From: Octopus bimaculoides
Taxonomy: Eukaryota
Assembly: GCF_001194135.2 (NCBI RefSeq)
Contig: NC_069007.1
Location: 12,053,184-12,117,183 of the forward strand
Length of the DNA stretch: 64,000 bases
Reading direction: 5' to 3'
Under the pieces are notes generated by a model. That model was given only the letters and a program-made list of their open reading frames with translations, had not been told where the DNA came from and did not search any database. A program made the translations under genes and the position numbers. Below are positions 38,346-49,377 of the stretch, one piece after another. Positions within the stretch are counted from its first letter, which is position 1. Each line of letters starts with the position of its first letter.

Positions 38346-39391
38346 ATTGAGAGAGATTGTTGGAGCATCAGGCCTTGTGGNNNNNNNNNNNNNNNNNNNN
38401 NNNNNNNNNNNNNNNNNNNNNNNNNNNNNNNNNNNNNNNNNNNNNNNNNNNNNNNNNNNNNNNNNNNNNNNNNNNNNNNNNNNNNNNNNNNNNNNNNNNN
38501 NNNNNNNNNNNNNNNNNNNNNNNNNNNNNNNNNNNNNNNNNNNNNNNNNNNNNNNNNNNNNNNNNNNNNNNNNNNNNNNNNNNNNNNNNNNNNNNNNNNN
38601 NNNNNNNNNNNNNNNNNNNNNNNNNNNNNNNNNNNNNNNNNNNNNNNNNNNNNNNNNNNNNNNNNNNNNNNNNNNNNNNNNNNNNAGTGACAGAGGATGA
38701 ATTAAAGGTCATTTGATGTACAGGTTCCTTGCAGTTGTGTAGTGTGTAGGTTTGTGTGTGTATGTGTGTGTGGTTAGAGTAGTTGCTGTTATTGGCGGTG
38801 TTTTTAGTCCCAGAGGTGGAGGTTTGTGGCTGTCCTGGTTGAGCAGACTTCAATCAGGACACGACCACGGCTTCCCAGCCGTGACCATCCCAATTTCATT
38901 TCTCCACCGAGGTGGCAAGCCGAGACTGTTAGGTGTGATTTGAGGGTGATTCGGTTGTCATTTCAAGTACGTCGCACGACCATGTCGAGGCTCCAGTGTT
39001 AGCACGTGTGTATTGTTTTTGTCGTCATCATTTTGCTGCCGTGTTTGTCCTCGCTAAGCAGATTTATGATGTGACGTTCCATCCGTAGCTACCTCATCGG
39101 GTCCAGTATATTGAAGGAGTGATTACGTTATCTAATGCTTTAGTGTAGTATAAACGCGTCGACGGATGTGTTGGTGTACGCGGGTTTGTGTTGGTGTATG
39201 TGCGTGCATATGTGTGTGTGCGTCTATACGTATGAACATGTGTGTGTGTGTGTGCATATTTATGGTTATTTACTTAGTTTGTGTGTGTGTGTGTGTGTGT
39301 GTCAATGTACTGGTTTGTAGACGTTGTGTTTGCGTATATATGTGTGTATGTGTGAGTCAGCCTCTATATTCGCTTTCTTTCTTTCTCTCTC

Positions 39392-39459
<68 letters not shown>

Positions 39460-39460
39460 A

Positions 39461-39497
<37 letters not shown>

Positions 39498-39749
39498 TTT
39501 ATTTAATACCTTACACTCTTCCTTTCTCTATTCCCTCAACTCGTACACATATATGTATACATTGATACATACATACATACAATTGCTCACATTTCTCTCC
39601 ATCTCTGTATCTCGCCCCTATTCCCCCGTCTCTCTTTCTCCCACCCCCACTCCACATATCCCCCTATCTCCTTACGTCAGTCACTCTGAAATACCTCCCT
39701 CTCTCTCTCTCTCTCNNNNNNNNNNNNNNNNNGCACCCTCCCCCCTCAC

Positions 39750-39842
39750 GTCATGTGCACCTATACTAATGCAGCTGTCCACTTGTTTTATCAGAACAGT
39801 GCAACAACATGCAGTTGGCAATGCTTCTACACTGCAATACAC
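39750..39842 (-). CDS. Candidate internal exon (phase 0 to 0): VYCSVEALPTACCCTVLIKQVDSCISIGAHD
   Basis: Acceptor cttcactgattgcag, donor GAC|gtgagg, 93 nt fully open, in phase with 43301-43380. Confidence 0.55.
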
Positions 39843-39854
39843 CTGCAATCAGTG

Positions 39855-40035
39855 AAGTCACACCACACCTGCTTTTAAAAACGCTCTCTTTAACACTCAC
39901 GGCACACTCCCTTTACAGTCACACCACATTCCATTTTCAGTCACATTACCCTCTCTTTATATGATAGCTCATAGCACATTCTGTTTACAGTCACACGGCA
40001 CTCCTTTTACAGTCACACTACATTCCCTTTACAGT
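39855..40035. repeat. Degenerate ~22-23-bp minisatellite (ACAGTCACACCACATTCCCTTT-like)
   Basis: About six recurrences of (a)cagtcacac...ttt. Confidence 0.65.
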
Positions 40036-40050
40036 TGCATGTGTGTATGA

Positions 40051-40084
<34 letters not shown>

Positions 40085-40086
<2 letters not shown>

Positions 40087-40710
40087 CTTTTTACTTGTTT
40101 CAACCATAGGACTGTGCCATGCTGGGGCACCACTCTGAGGAGTTTCAATCAAACTAATTGATCCCAATACTTATTTACTGCTACTTATTCTATCAATTTC
40201 TTTTACTGAACTGCTAAGTTACAGGGACATAAACACATCAACACTGGCTGTGAAGTGGTGGCAGGACACACACACACTCACACACACATACACACACACA
40301 CACACACACACATTATTTATTTACAATGGGCTTCTTTCAGTTTCTTATTCCTTTACTGCCCACAAGGGACTAAACATAGAGGGTACAGACAAACGGATTA
40401 AGTCGATTATATCGACCCCAGTGTGTAACTGGTACTTATTTAATCAGCCCCGAAAGGGTGAAAGGCAAAGTTGACCTTGGTGGAATTTGAACTCAGAACA
40501 TAGCAGCAGACGAAATACTGCTAAGCATTTTGCCCAGCGTGCTAACCATCCTGCCATCTCACCGACTTCAGTTTCTATCTACCAAATGCACATACAAGGC
40601 ATTGTTTGGCCCAGGGCTATAATAGAAGACACTTGCCAAAGGTGTCACGCAGTGGGACTGAACCCAGAATCATGTGGTTGGGAAGCAAACCTCTTACCAC
40701 ACAGCCATGC
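40085..40710 (-). mobile_element. Family-B SINE interrupted by a family-A SINE (40340-40560)
   Basis: gggcttctttcagtttc breaks at ~40345 and resumes as cttcagtttctatctacc at ~40567. Confidence 0.75.
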
Positions 40711-40789
40711 CATAATGTGTGTGTTATTAGTGTTGACGTTTCTATTAATTAGTTAAACAGAGAAACATTTAACCTGAGAAGATAGATGA

Positions 40790-41130
40790 TGAGACAGAAA
40801 CTTTGGAAAGTCGCATTAGTGGGAGGCACTTTCTAGTGTGGGGAAGAAGGATTGGATAAAAGGTATTCAATGTAGGTGAGGGAATCACAGTAGGAGTGAT
40901 GAATGGAAAGAGTTGTGTATACTCGATGGATCAGGGAGGAGACAGTCTGTAGCTTGCTGGTTCAGAGAAACAAAGGCCAGTGTCGTAGCAGTTTAAAAGG
41001 GAGAGAGAGGACACAGTATGTGGTTGTGGTGGGAGATTAACTGTTTTAGGGTGGCGTGCAGGTGAGTTTTTGAATGTTTATGTGGTGTAACAGCAGCAAT
41101 GTCTTAAACACTGGCATGACCATATGGTTC
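40790..41130 (-). pseudogene. CR1-group LINE 3' remnant
   Basis: Degenerate VSSLSLLNCYDTGLCFSEPA...SFFP matches the SLFYRYY.G.CS.EL...SFFPRT motif region. Confidence 0.55.
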
Positions 41131-41191
41131 AAAAACAGACTTGAATGGAAAACTGTATGTTGGTTCCTTAAGAGGGTTCCTTCCTATTTAA

Positions 41192-41412
41192 CCCTTTTAT
41201 TACCATATTTCTTTTGAGATGCTCTGCGTTTCTTTCAATTATTTTAAATATAACAAAGAATTTAGTAAAATAACTTAGTTATCATTAAGCTAGTGTTAGG
41301 AACATAAATTGTGACTAAGGTTTGGTGGAAGATTTTAATTTAGAACTTTTGAAAACAAGACATTTGTACTACAGAGCCAGAGGCTGCTTCAGCCTGGTGG
41401 GTATCAAAAGGG
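41192..41412. mobile_element. piggyBac-type MITE, copy 2
   Basis: TTAA (41188-41191) cccttttattacc ... ggtatcaaaaggg TTAA (41413-41416). Confidence 0.85.
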
Positions 41413-41464
41413 TTAATTCGGTTTAACATTTCCAGCTGGATTTGGGGTCCTTCTATTAATATTG

Positions 41465-41910
41465 GTTTCAAATTTTGGCACAAAGCCAGCAATTTCGGGC
41501 GATGGGGGTCAGTCGATTACATCATCCCCAGTAATTGACTGGTACTTATTTTATTGACCCTGAAGGGGTGAAAGACAAAGACGATTTTAGCAGAATTTGA
41601 GCTCAGGACACAAAGACATGAAATGCTGCCAAGCATCTCGTCCAGTGTGCTAACGATTCCACCAGCTTGCCACCTTAACAATAAGAATGATAATCGTATC
41701 AAATTTTGGCACAAGGCCAGCAATTTCGGGGGAGGGGCTAGGCCGATTATATCAACCCCAGTATTCAACTGGTACTTATTTTATTGACCCCGAAAGGATG
41801 AAAGGTAAAGTTGATATCGGCAGAATTTGAGCTCAGAACACAAAGACAGGTGAAACGCTGCTAAGTATTTAGCCCTGCACGGTTAACGGTTCTGCCAGCT
41901 CACTGCCTTA
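41465..41910 (-). mobile_element. Two tandem family-A SINEs
   Basis: Reverse-complement head/core twice. Confidence 0.85.
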
Positions 41911-43300
41911 CACCTACTTATATTAGGACCAACACCTTGTTCTGAAGATTATTTTTTTTCCTTCCTTCCTTCCTTCCTTCCTTCAAAGACCCTAAAAACA
42001 GGCATAAATCCTGCCCCTCCACTCCTGACTCTCATGTAAGCAAAAACAAAAACAAAAGTGAACAATCTTTCAGTGTGAGTAATTTTATGTTTGATCACCT
42101 AGTTTGGGGGAGGGCAGTGCTTATTGCCCCCTTTTTCAGGGTTATGAGCTGGGTAGGAGGAAGGGAGGGAGGGTAGTGCCTATTGGCTCTTTTCCAGGGC
42201 CTCTGAGATGGATGCGAGGAGGGGTGTTAGGAAGGTGTCTTTAAACTAAAAGCCTGGTCCAAACACTTGCAAAAAAAGTGGAATCCACAAAAAGGGTCCC
42301 AGGAGGGGGACCAGTGAAGGGTCAGTCACTTATGATTGATGACTCAAGTATTTTGTAACCCTAACACACAGATTGTAATCATCTCAGTGATGCACCCCCA
42401 TAATGTCTGCATACAGCAGTCGCAGTACCATCTCAGATATGGAGATGCTAGTTTAGAGTATTTTCTGGTCCTAAAGAGGACCTGTATTCTTTGTGATGTG
42501 ATCCATGGTACCTGTGTGTCTGTAACAGCAGGGCCATCTCTGTGACTTGAGCAGTTCTCTTGAGATTTGTAGAGGGTTACCAACAAGACCAACAACACAC
42601 AGATCTGAGGTAGTGTCTGGTGGAGCAACCTTAGTGTGTGTGCGTGGGGGGGGGGGTATGTAACCATAGTAACAGCATTGTCCCTATCAAGGGAGAAGTA
42701 CAAGTTCAGTGTGGGCCCTAATGAAATTTTGTACATGTTCTGTATTTGCTCAGGGCTTGAGTATTTTGTGACCATCCTAAAAAGGATCTTTAAGTCTTTC
42801 TCATGTGGCCTAGAATGCATGTGAGTAGAGACAGAGAGAGAGAGACAGACAGACAGACAGGGAAAGGGGAAAATGAGCAGCAGTAGTAATAGCAATGTCC
42901 CTGATTAAGGAGCAGTCCCTAAGGGTTGCTGGTTGTTTGAATTATAGAGAGGGAGAGGGAGGGAGAGAGGGCATATAATGTGAGGGTATATGTTACAAAA
43001 GACATGTATCTGTAAATCTTCAGTTTAGGTAAACATTATTTGGGATCCCTTGAAATTTCCAAACTTGGGTATCCTTGATATAAATCACCCCTCATACAAC
43101 CCTTATCACAAACCCTGGCTCCTGGAACATAACAGAAGTATGTTATATATATATCTTCACATAACACACCCACCAGTTCAACTTCCACTCATTTATTATT
43201 TATTTGTTTGTTTACTTATTTATTTATTCTAGATGTATTTATACAGTGTTGTAAAAGCATTCTGGAATAAATAAATAAATATGTTACATACATCTGTTAC

Positions 43301-43380
43301 CTCCTGATCAGCCAATGATATCTTTCCTTTACACACAACTGACCAATCAGTGGTGGCCATCATATCTAAAACTTCCGGAA
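43301..43380 (-). CDS. Candidate internal exon (phase 1 to 0): PEVLDMMATTDWSVVCKGKISLADQE
   Basis: Donor CAGGAG|gtaaca; acceptor tttataacaag (or gttttag 15 nt downstream, same phase); only one frame open; unique sequence. Confidence 0.55.
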
Positions 43381-43489
43381 CTTGTTATAAACAACTTTTT
43401 TGTTTGTCTTATTGATCAACAACAACAAAATTTAAGTAACATTTTGTGAGTATCAGGTATTGAGTACACTTTTGCGTCTGCTTCATTTA

Positions 43490-43895
43490 CACTTGGGCTT
43501 CTTTCAGGTTCCTTCTACCGAATCCACTCACAAGGCTTTGGTCAGCCCCAGGTTATAGTAGAAGACACTTGCCCAAGGTGCCACGCAGTGGGACTGAAAC
43601 CAAACCCATGTGGTTGGGAAGAAAACTTCTTACCACACAGCCATGCCTATCATCATCATCATCATCATCATTATTATTTAGCATCCATTTTCCATGCTGG
43701 CATAGGTTAGATGGCTTGGCTAGTACTGGTAAGCTGGAGGGCTGCACTAGGTTCCTGTCTGATTTGGCTTGGTTTCTGTGGTTCAATGCCCTTCCCAATG
43801 TCAACCACTCCCTAGAGTGTCCCGGGTACCCTTTATGTCTCACCGGTACTGGCCACAACTACTTAGTTTGGCATGTCTTCTCAACCACTGCAAAT

Positions 43896-43936
<41 letters not shown>

Positions 43937-44700
43937 NNNNNNNNNNTATATATATATATATATATAGATAGATAGATAGATAGATACAAATAGGCACAGG
44001 AGTGGCTGTCTGGTAAGTTGCTTGCTTACTAACCACATGGTTCCAGGTTCAGTCCTACTGCATGATACCCTGGGCAAGTGTCTTCTATTATAGCCTTGAG
44101 CCAACCAAAGCCTTGTGAGTGGATTTGGTAGATGGAAACTGAAAGAAGCCTGCCGTATATATATTATTATATATGTGTATGTTTGTGTATCTCTGTTTGT
44201 CCCCCACTATTATCGCTTGACAACTGGTGCTGGTGTGTTTAGGACCCTGTAACTTAGCAGTTTGGCAAAAGACAGTAATAGAATAAGTACTAGGCTTACA
44301 AAGAATAAGTCCTGGGGGTCGATTTGTTCGACTAAAGGTGGTGCTCCAGCATGGCCGCAGTCAAATGACTGAGACGTGTAAAAGAGTAAGAGTATATCAG
44401 GAGAAGTGTTAATGCTGTTCCCCCTGGATGAAGGGGATTGACCTGCAAGAGCCCTGTGCCGGTGCCGCATAAAAAAAGCACACGTGTCGGGGCCACATAA
44501 AAGCACTTGTGCTAGTGATACCCTAAAAGCACCCAGCACACCATTTTAAAGTGGTTGGCATTAGGAAGGGCATCCAGCTGTAGAAACCATGCCTAAATCA
44601 GACTGGGACCTGGTGCAGCCCTCCAGCTTGCCACCAGCTCTGGTCAAACCGTCCTACCCATGCCAGCATGGTAAACGGACATTAATTGATGATGATGATG
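43490..44700. mobile_element. Interleaved inverted SINEs: B(-) 43490-43650, F(-) 43650-43890, B(+) 43990-44390, F(+) 44420-44700
   Basis: Diagnostic motifs in opposite orientations. Confidence 0.8.
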
Positions 44701-46110
44701 ATTATATCCATTCTGCTGACTGAGATACGATCGCTTGAATTTTCTGACTTAGGAATTCTCAGACAACTATATGTATGTGTATGTGTACAGAGTGGGTTTT
44801 ATTTTGTGCAAATGTGAACACACACACACACATGCAACACAGGTTTACAGACATGCTCTCACACGAGTATGTATATATGTGTGTGTGTGTGTGTGTGTGT
44901 GCATTATCTGTTTATGTATGTGTCTGTGTTACTATATAAGTAAGTACACTTTTTTCATACAAAGTCTCACTCACTCACACACACACACACACGCACAAAC
45001 AAGTTTGTGATGGAAAATTGACAAAGAAAATCTCTAAACAACTGACGAAAGGGGAAAGCAGAGAAAGAGAGAGTGAAAGATGGATAGATAAATAGAGATG
45101 GAGATAGACACAGAGAGAGAGAGATAGATAGATAGATAGGTAGGTAGGTAGGTAGATAGATAGAGAGAGAAAGAGATAGACAGATAGATAGAGGCACAGA
45201 CAGACAGATAGATAGACCGATGGGTGGATAGATAGATAGATAGACAGACAGACGGATAGATAGACGGATGGACAGACAGACAGACACGTAGACAGATAGA
45301 CAGACACACAGATAGATAGATCAATCAATGGATAGATAGATCGATAGATATATAGACGCAGACAGAAAGATAGATATGTATACATGTATGTATGCATGCA
45401 TGCTTGTATGTAGGTAGGTAGATAGGTAGGAAGGCAGGCAGACAGGCAGGCAGACAGGCAGGCAGACAGGCAGGCAGACAGGCAGGCAGGCAGACAGGCA
45501 GACAGGCAGGCAAGTTGATGGCTAGCTGGAGAAATCCACTGATACACAGAAAGCTGGGTAGTGGCAAGTTTATAAAAGTTTGCTGGAATGGTTGAGCATC
45601 TGAATAAATACTATCAAGCATTCTAATTTCACTCCTCTACATTCTGAGTTCAAATCCTATCAAATGTTGTCTGTAGTTTTCATTCTTCTTGGATCAACAA
45701 AACCCTACCAAAACATGTTCAATCCATTGCTCTCTCTCTCTCTGTCACTCTCTCTGCTTCTCTCTCTCGTTCTCTCATTCTCTGCTTCTCTCTCTCTCTC
45801 TCTCTCTCCCCCCCCAACTCCCTGCTTGCTTTTATAGAAATAATATCACAACTATATTCTCTCCCTTCTCTTCTTTTATGCCTCTCTCTCCCTCTCTCTC
45901 ACATTGCCTGCCTCTTCCCACCTCCATCCTTAACTTCTCTGCTCTCTTACTTCCTCTTCTCTCTCTCTCTCTCTTGCATTCTCCCTATATATCTATGTGT
46001 GTGTGTTTGTGTGTATATATTATTCCTCTCTCTCTCCCCCTCCTCTCTCCTTTTTCTCTGGTTGTTTGTTCTCTCATTCTATAACTACAACTACCACCAC
46101 CACTACCACC

Positions 46111-46142
<32 letters not shown>

Positions 46143-46535
46143 CTCTGCTGATGGTGGTGCTGGTGATGGTGCTATTACTACAGATGCTGTTGCTGCTGCT
46201 GTTACTACTACTACTGCATTTCTCTCCTTATCATGTGATTTACCTTAAATAATCAGTCACTTCTTCTCTTTCTCNNNNNNNNNNNNNNNNNNNNNNNNNN
46301 NNNNNNNNNNNNNNNNNNNNNNNNNNNNNNNNNNNNNNNNNNNNNNNNNNNNNNNNNNNNNNNNNNNNNNNNNNNNNNNNNNNNNNNNNNNNNNNNNNNN
46401 NNNNNNNNNNNNNNNNNNNNNNNNNNNNNNNNNNNNNNNNNNNNNNNNNNNNNNNNNNNNNNNNNNNNNNNNNNNNNNNNNNNNNNNNNNNNNNNNNNNN
46501 NNNNNNNNNNNNNNNNNNNNNNNNNNNNNNNNNNN

Positions 46536-46563
46536 AAGCGTGCAGTGAGGGGCTCGCATGGAT
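46536..46563 (-). CDS. 5' end of a candidate exon running into an assembly gap (frame uncertain; phase 0 gives IHASPSLHA)
   Basis: Branch motif ctgactaac (46648-46656), ~85-nt AG-free pyrimidine-rich tract, then gttgcag|ATC. Confidence 0.35.
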
Positions 46564-46846
46564 CTGCAACATGGGTGAAAAGAAGGACCAGTTGGAAAAA
46601 GGGGAGAGGGGCGTGGTGGAAAAATTGGGGGTGGGGAGGATAATGATGTTAGTCAGAGCTTGTGACCTCTGACCTCTCCCAAAATATTGGGTTGCTATGC
46701 ATTTCAATTATTGAACTGTCGTGATGGATGCGCACACACACACACTTTTTCCTGCTGGCATGCACAACAACATACACATATGCAGACACACATATTCTGT
46801 CTCTTTCTCTCTCGCTATGCATTTGCATTTATATACATACACACAC

Positions 46847-46877
<31 letters not shown>

Positions 46878-47180
46878 TATATATATGTGTCTGTGTGTAT
46901 GTATGTATATGTATATATATATATATGCTTTTTTCATGTCAAGCCATAATGAAAGCAATTTTACATTAAATTGAAGGATTTCTCAGTACTTTTTGCAGGT
47001 TACATATCTTTTATTCTTTTACAATAATAATATCAACAGTGACTTTGAAGTTTTAGCCAGCCTGCTTAGCATTCATCTTATATATGTGTCTGTTCTACAT
47101 GTACATTCCTTAGTATTGGATGCATTTTTAAAATGTATTCAGTAACTGAACGCCATGCATCCCAACTTTTGTTAACAGTA

Positions 47181-47215
<35 letters not shown>

Positions 47216-47480
47216 NNNNNNNNNNNNNNNNNNNNNNNNNNNNNNNNNNNNNNNNNNNNNNNNNNNNNNNNNNNNNNNNNNNNNNNNNNNNNNNNNNNNN
47301 NNNNNNNNNNNNNNNNNNNNNNNNNNNNNNNNNNNNNNNNNNNNNNNNNNNNNNNNNNNNNNNNNNNNNNNNNNNNNNNNNNNNNNNNNNNNNNNNNNNN
47401 NNNNNNNNNNNNNNNNNNNNNNNNNNNNNNNNNNNNNNNNNNNNNNNNNNNNNNNNNNNNNNNNNNNNNNNNNNNNNNNN

Positions 47481-47606
47481 GTTCCTTTCTGTTGAAGAGC
47501 GTAGGCTCAAATCGTTAAAGACTTTCAATTCCCGAGCGTTATACTAATACATCTGTTTGTTTTCTACACCACACCTGTCTTCATCTGTTGTTTTTTTGTG
47601 AATTCT

Positions 47607-47610
<4 letters not shown>
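47481..47610 (+). mobile_element. Penelope-like terminal fragment with degenerate hammerhead (47485-47520)
   Basis: CUUU-CUGUUGA-A-GAGC(GUAG)GCUC-AAAUCGUU/AAAG; the downstream part matches 19676-19772 on the minus strand. Confidence 0.6.
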
Positions 47611-47645
<35 letters not shown>

Positions 47646-47884
47646 TAGTAACCAGTTGATCTAGCAATCAGGGCCTCATCTCAGTGAGGAGGGCCAATGT
47701 GCAATAATGCCGTTAAGAGGAAGGCCCCATAGCAGCATTCATTCATTTTCTCCTGATAACTCCATAAGCTTGCTAGCATATGGTGTGCAGAGCTTTCAAC
47801 TTGTAGCACTTGCATCTGCAAGTTGTTTGCAAAAAATCTTTAAAAAAAGAAAAAAATATATATATATGTAGCAAATCGCTTTAT

Positions 47885-48110
47885 TTCATTCTGCTCCAGT
47901 TCATTCAGCTGTAGAAACGAGATGCAACATCACTGGTGCCGAGTCGTTTTGGTGTTTGCCTTTCTCTTGGAAAACATTGGTAGCGTGGAAAGGGGAGATG
48001 GTATGCATGGGCGACTGCTGGTCATCCATAAGCAACCTTGCTAAGGCTGGTGCTTTGGAGGGTAACTTTTTAAGTGCAATCCCACGGACATTCATAACCA
48101 AAGGGGGGCT
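47885..48110 (+). mobile_element. Family-G SINE body
   Basis: ctccagttcattcagctgtagaaac...ggtatgcatgggcgactgctgg...agtgcaatcccacggacattcataaccaaaggggg. Confidence 0.7.
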
Positions 48111-48524
48111 TTTTATATACATATGTATATGTGTGGGTGTTTTTCTTCCAGGCAGGCACAGGCACAAAACAACATACATGCATATCCACATTTTGCAACA
48201 TAAACACATTCGCATATGTGCAGAGAAATGCATGTATATACAAACCTTTGCTTGCTACATGTCTATATCTAACCAGAACTGTATGCAAATTCAAAATACA
48301 AAAACATGTAGACACCCACAGGAAATGTATCTATCTGTCTAATATGTATGTATGTATGTATGCATGTATGTATATATGCATGTATATATGTATGTATGTG
48401 TGTATGTATGTATGGTTTTCTTTTGTTTTTAGTTCTTTGAATTCTTCCTCTGAGTAAGGAGCTAATTTGTGATGAAGATACAAATTTCCATCATTAGAAG
48501 GCAGATAATGAAAGCAAATTTATA

Positions 48525-49070
48525 TTTTAAACTTGAGAAAAGTCTTGTATATTTTAACTGTTCCACTTACAGATTGTATTTGTAATGTATGATTCAGTTG
48601 GTTGGTTTCTTTTTCTGAAAATCCAAACTTATCCAGATTGTTCTATATTTTAGAGATGAGGAATTTTGCACATTATTTACATTGGACAGATATGTGTCCT
48701 CATCTTGTCTGTTGTTACCACAATGTTTTGGCTGATTTACTCTCCAGCCTTCATCAGGTGTCCAGGCAGTGCCTTAATAATAACATCATCAGCAAAAATA
48801 CCTTAGGAATGAGAACCCAGGGTTGGGTTCAAAATTCCACCAGGACACCTGATGAAGGCTGGAGAGTAAATTAGCCGAAACGTTGTGGTGACAACAAACA
48901 AGGTGAGGACACATATCCATCCAATGTAAATAATATACAGAATTATCCAGATTGTCTCTTAGGCATTTACTGACAAGACCAAGTGCTCCAATTATTACTG
49001 GCATAAATGTGAATTTCTTATTTGGATATAGAAGCTAGAGTTTTCAAAGCAATTGTCCATAGTTATCTTC
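48525..49070 (-). pseudogene. R4/Dong-like RLE non-LTR 3' end split by an insertion
   Basis: Removing 48642-48955 restores ...LLYPNKKFTFMPVIIGALGLVSKCLRDNLDKFGFSEKETNQLNHTLQIQSVSGTVKIYKTFLKFKI*. Confidence 0.8.
48642..48942. mobile_element. Palindromic non-autonomous element with two inverted hammerhead motifs and a 13-bp TSD
   Basis: TSD ttatccagattgt at 48629-48641 and 48943-48955; ~100-bp inverted arms; HHR at 48844-48889 (+) and ~48716-48762 (-). Confidence 0.85.
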
Positions 49071-49158
49071 TTTCTCCTTGATTGTATGTATCTATGTATG
49101 TATGCATGCATGTATGAATGAATGAAGGAAGGAAGGAAGGAAAGAAAATAGTACGGTA

Positions 49159-49377
49159 AAGTTGCTGTGAGGGGTGGAAAATCCAATGCTTCAGACAGTG
49201 TCCTTCTTTAAGGAGAATTTGGAAGGAGAGAAATTAATGACTGCAATTTTTTTTTTCGGGTAGCAAAAAGACAATGGAACACTTTGCTGTTCCTCATTAA
49301 TTTCCCTTCTTTTAACTTAACCTCTGCAGAAGGACCCTCTCTGAGATGTTGAGATTTTCCATTCCTCATGACAAGTT
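49159..49377. repeat. Degenerate fold-back: ~85-bp inverted arms, ~50-nt spacer
   Basis: gaaattaatga/tcattaatttc, agacagtgtccttct/agaaggaccctctct and ggaaaatc/gattttcc all pair in register. Confidence 0.7.

Noticed and set aside
43312-43381. Two CCAAT boxes 31 bp apart plus an ETS-like CCGGAA, read as a promoter
   Set aside because: The same bases are better explained as an open minus-strand exon with matching splice sites; short motifs alone are weak evidence.
47660-47830. GPHLSEEGQCAIM, faintly like a Tc1 transposase N-terminus
   Set aside because: Too short and degenerate; no TIR found.
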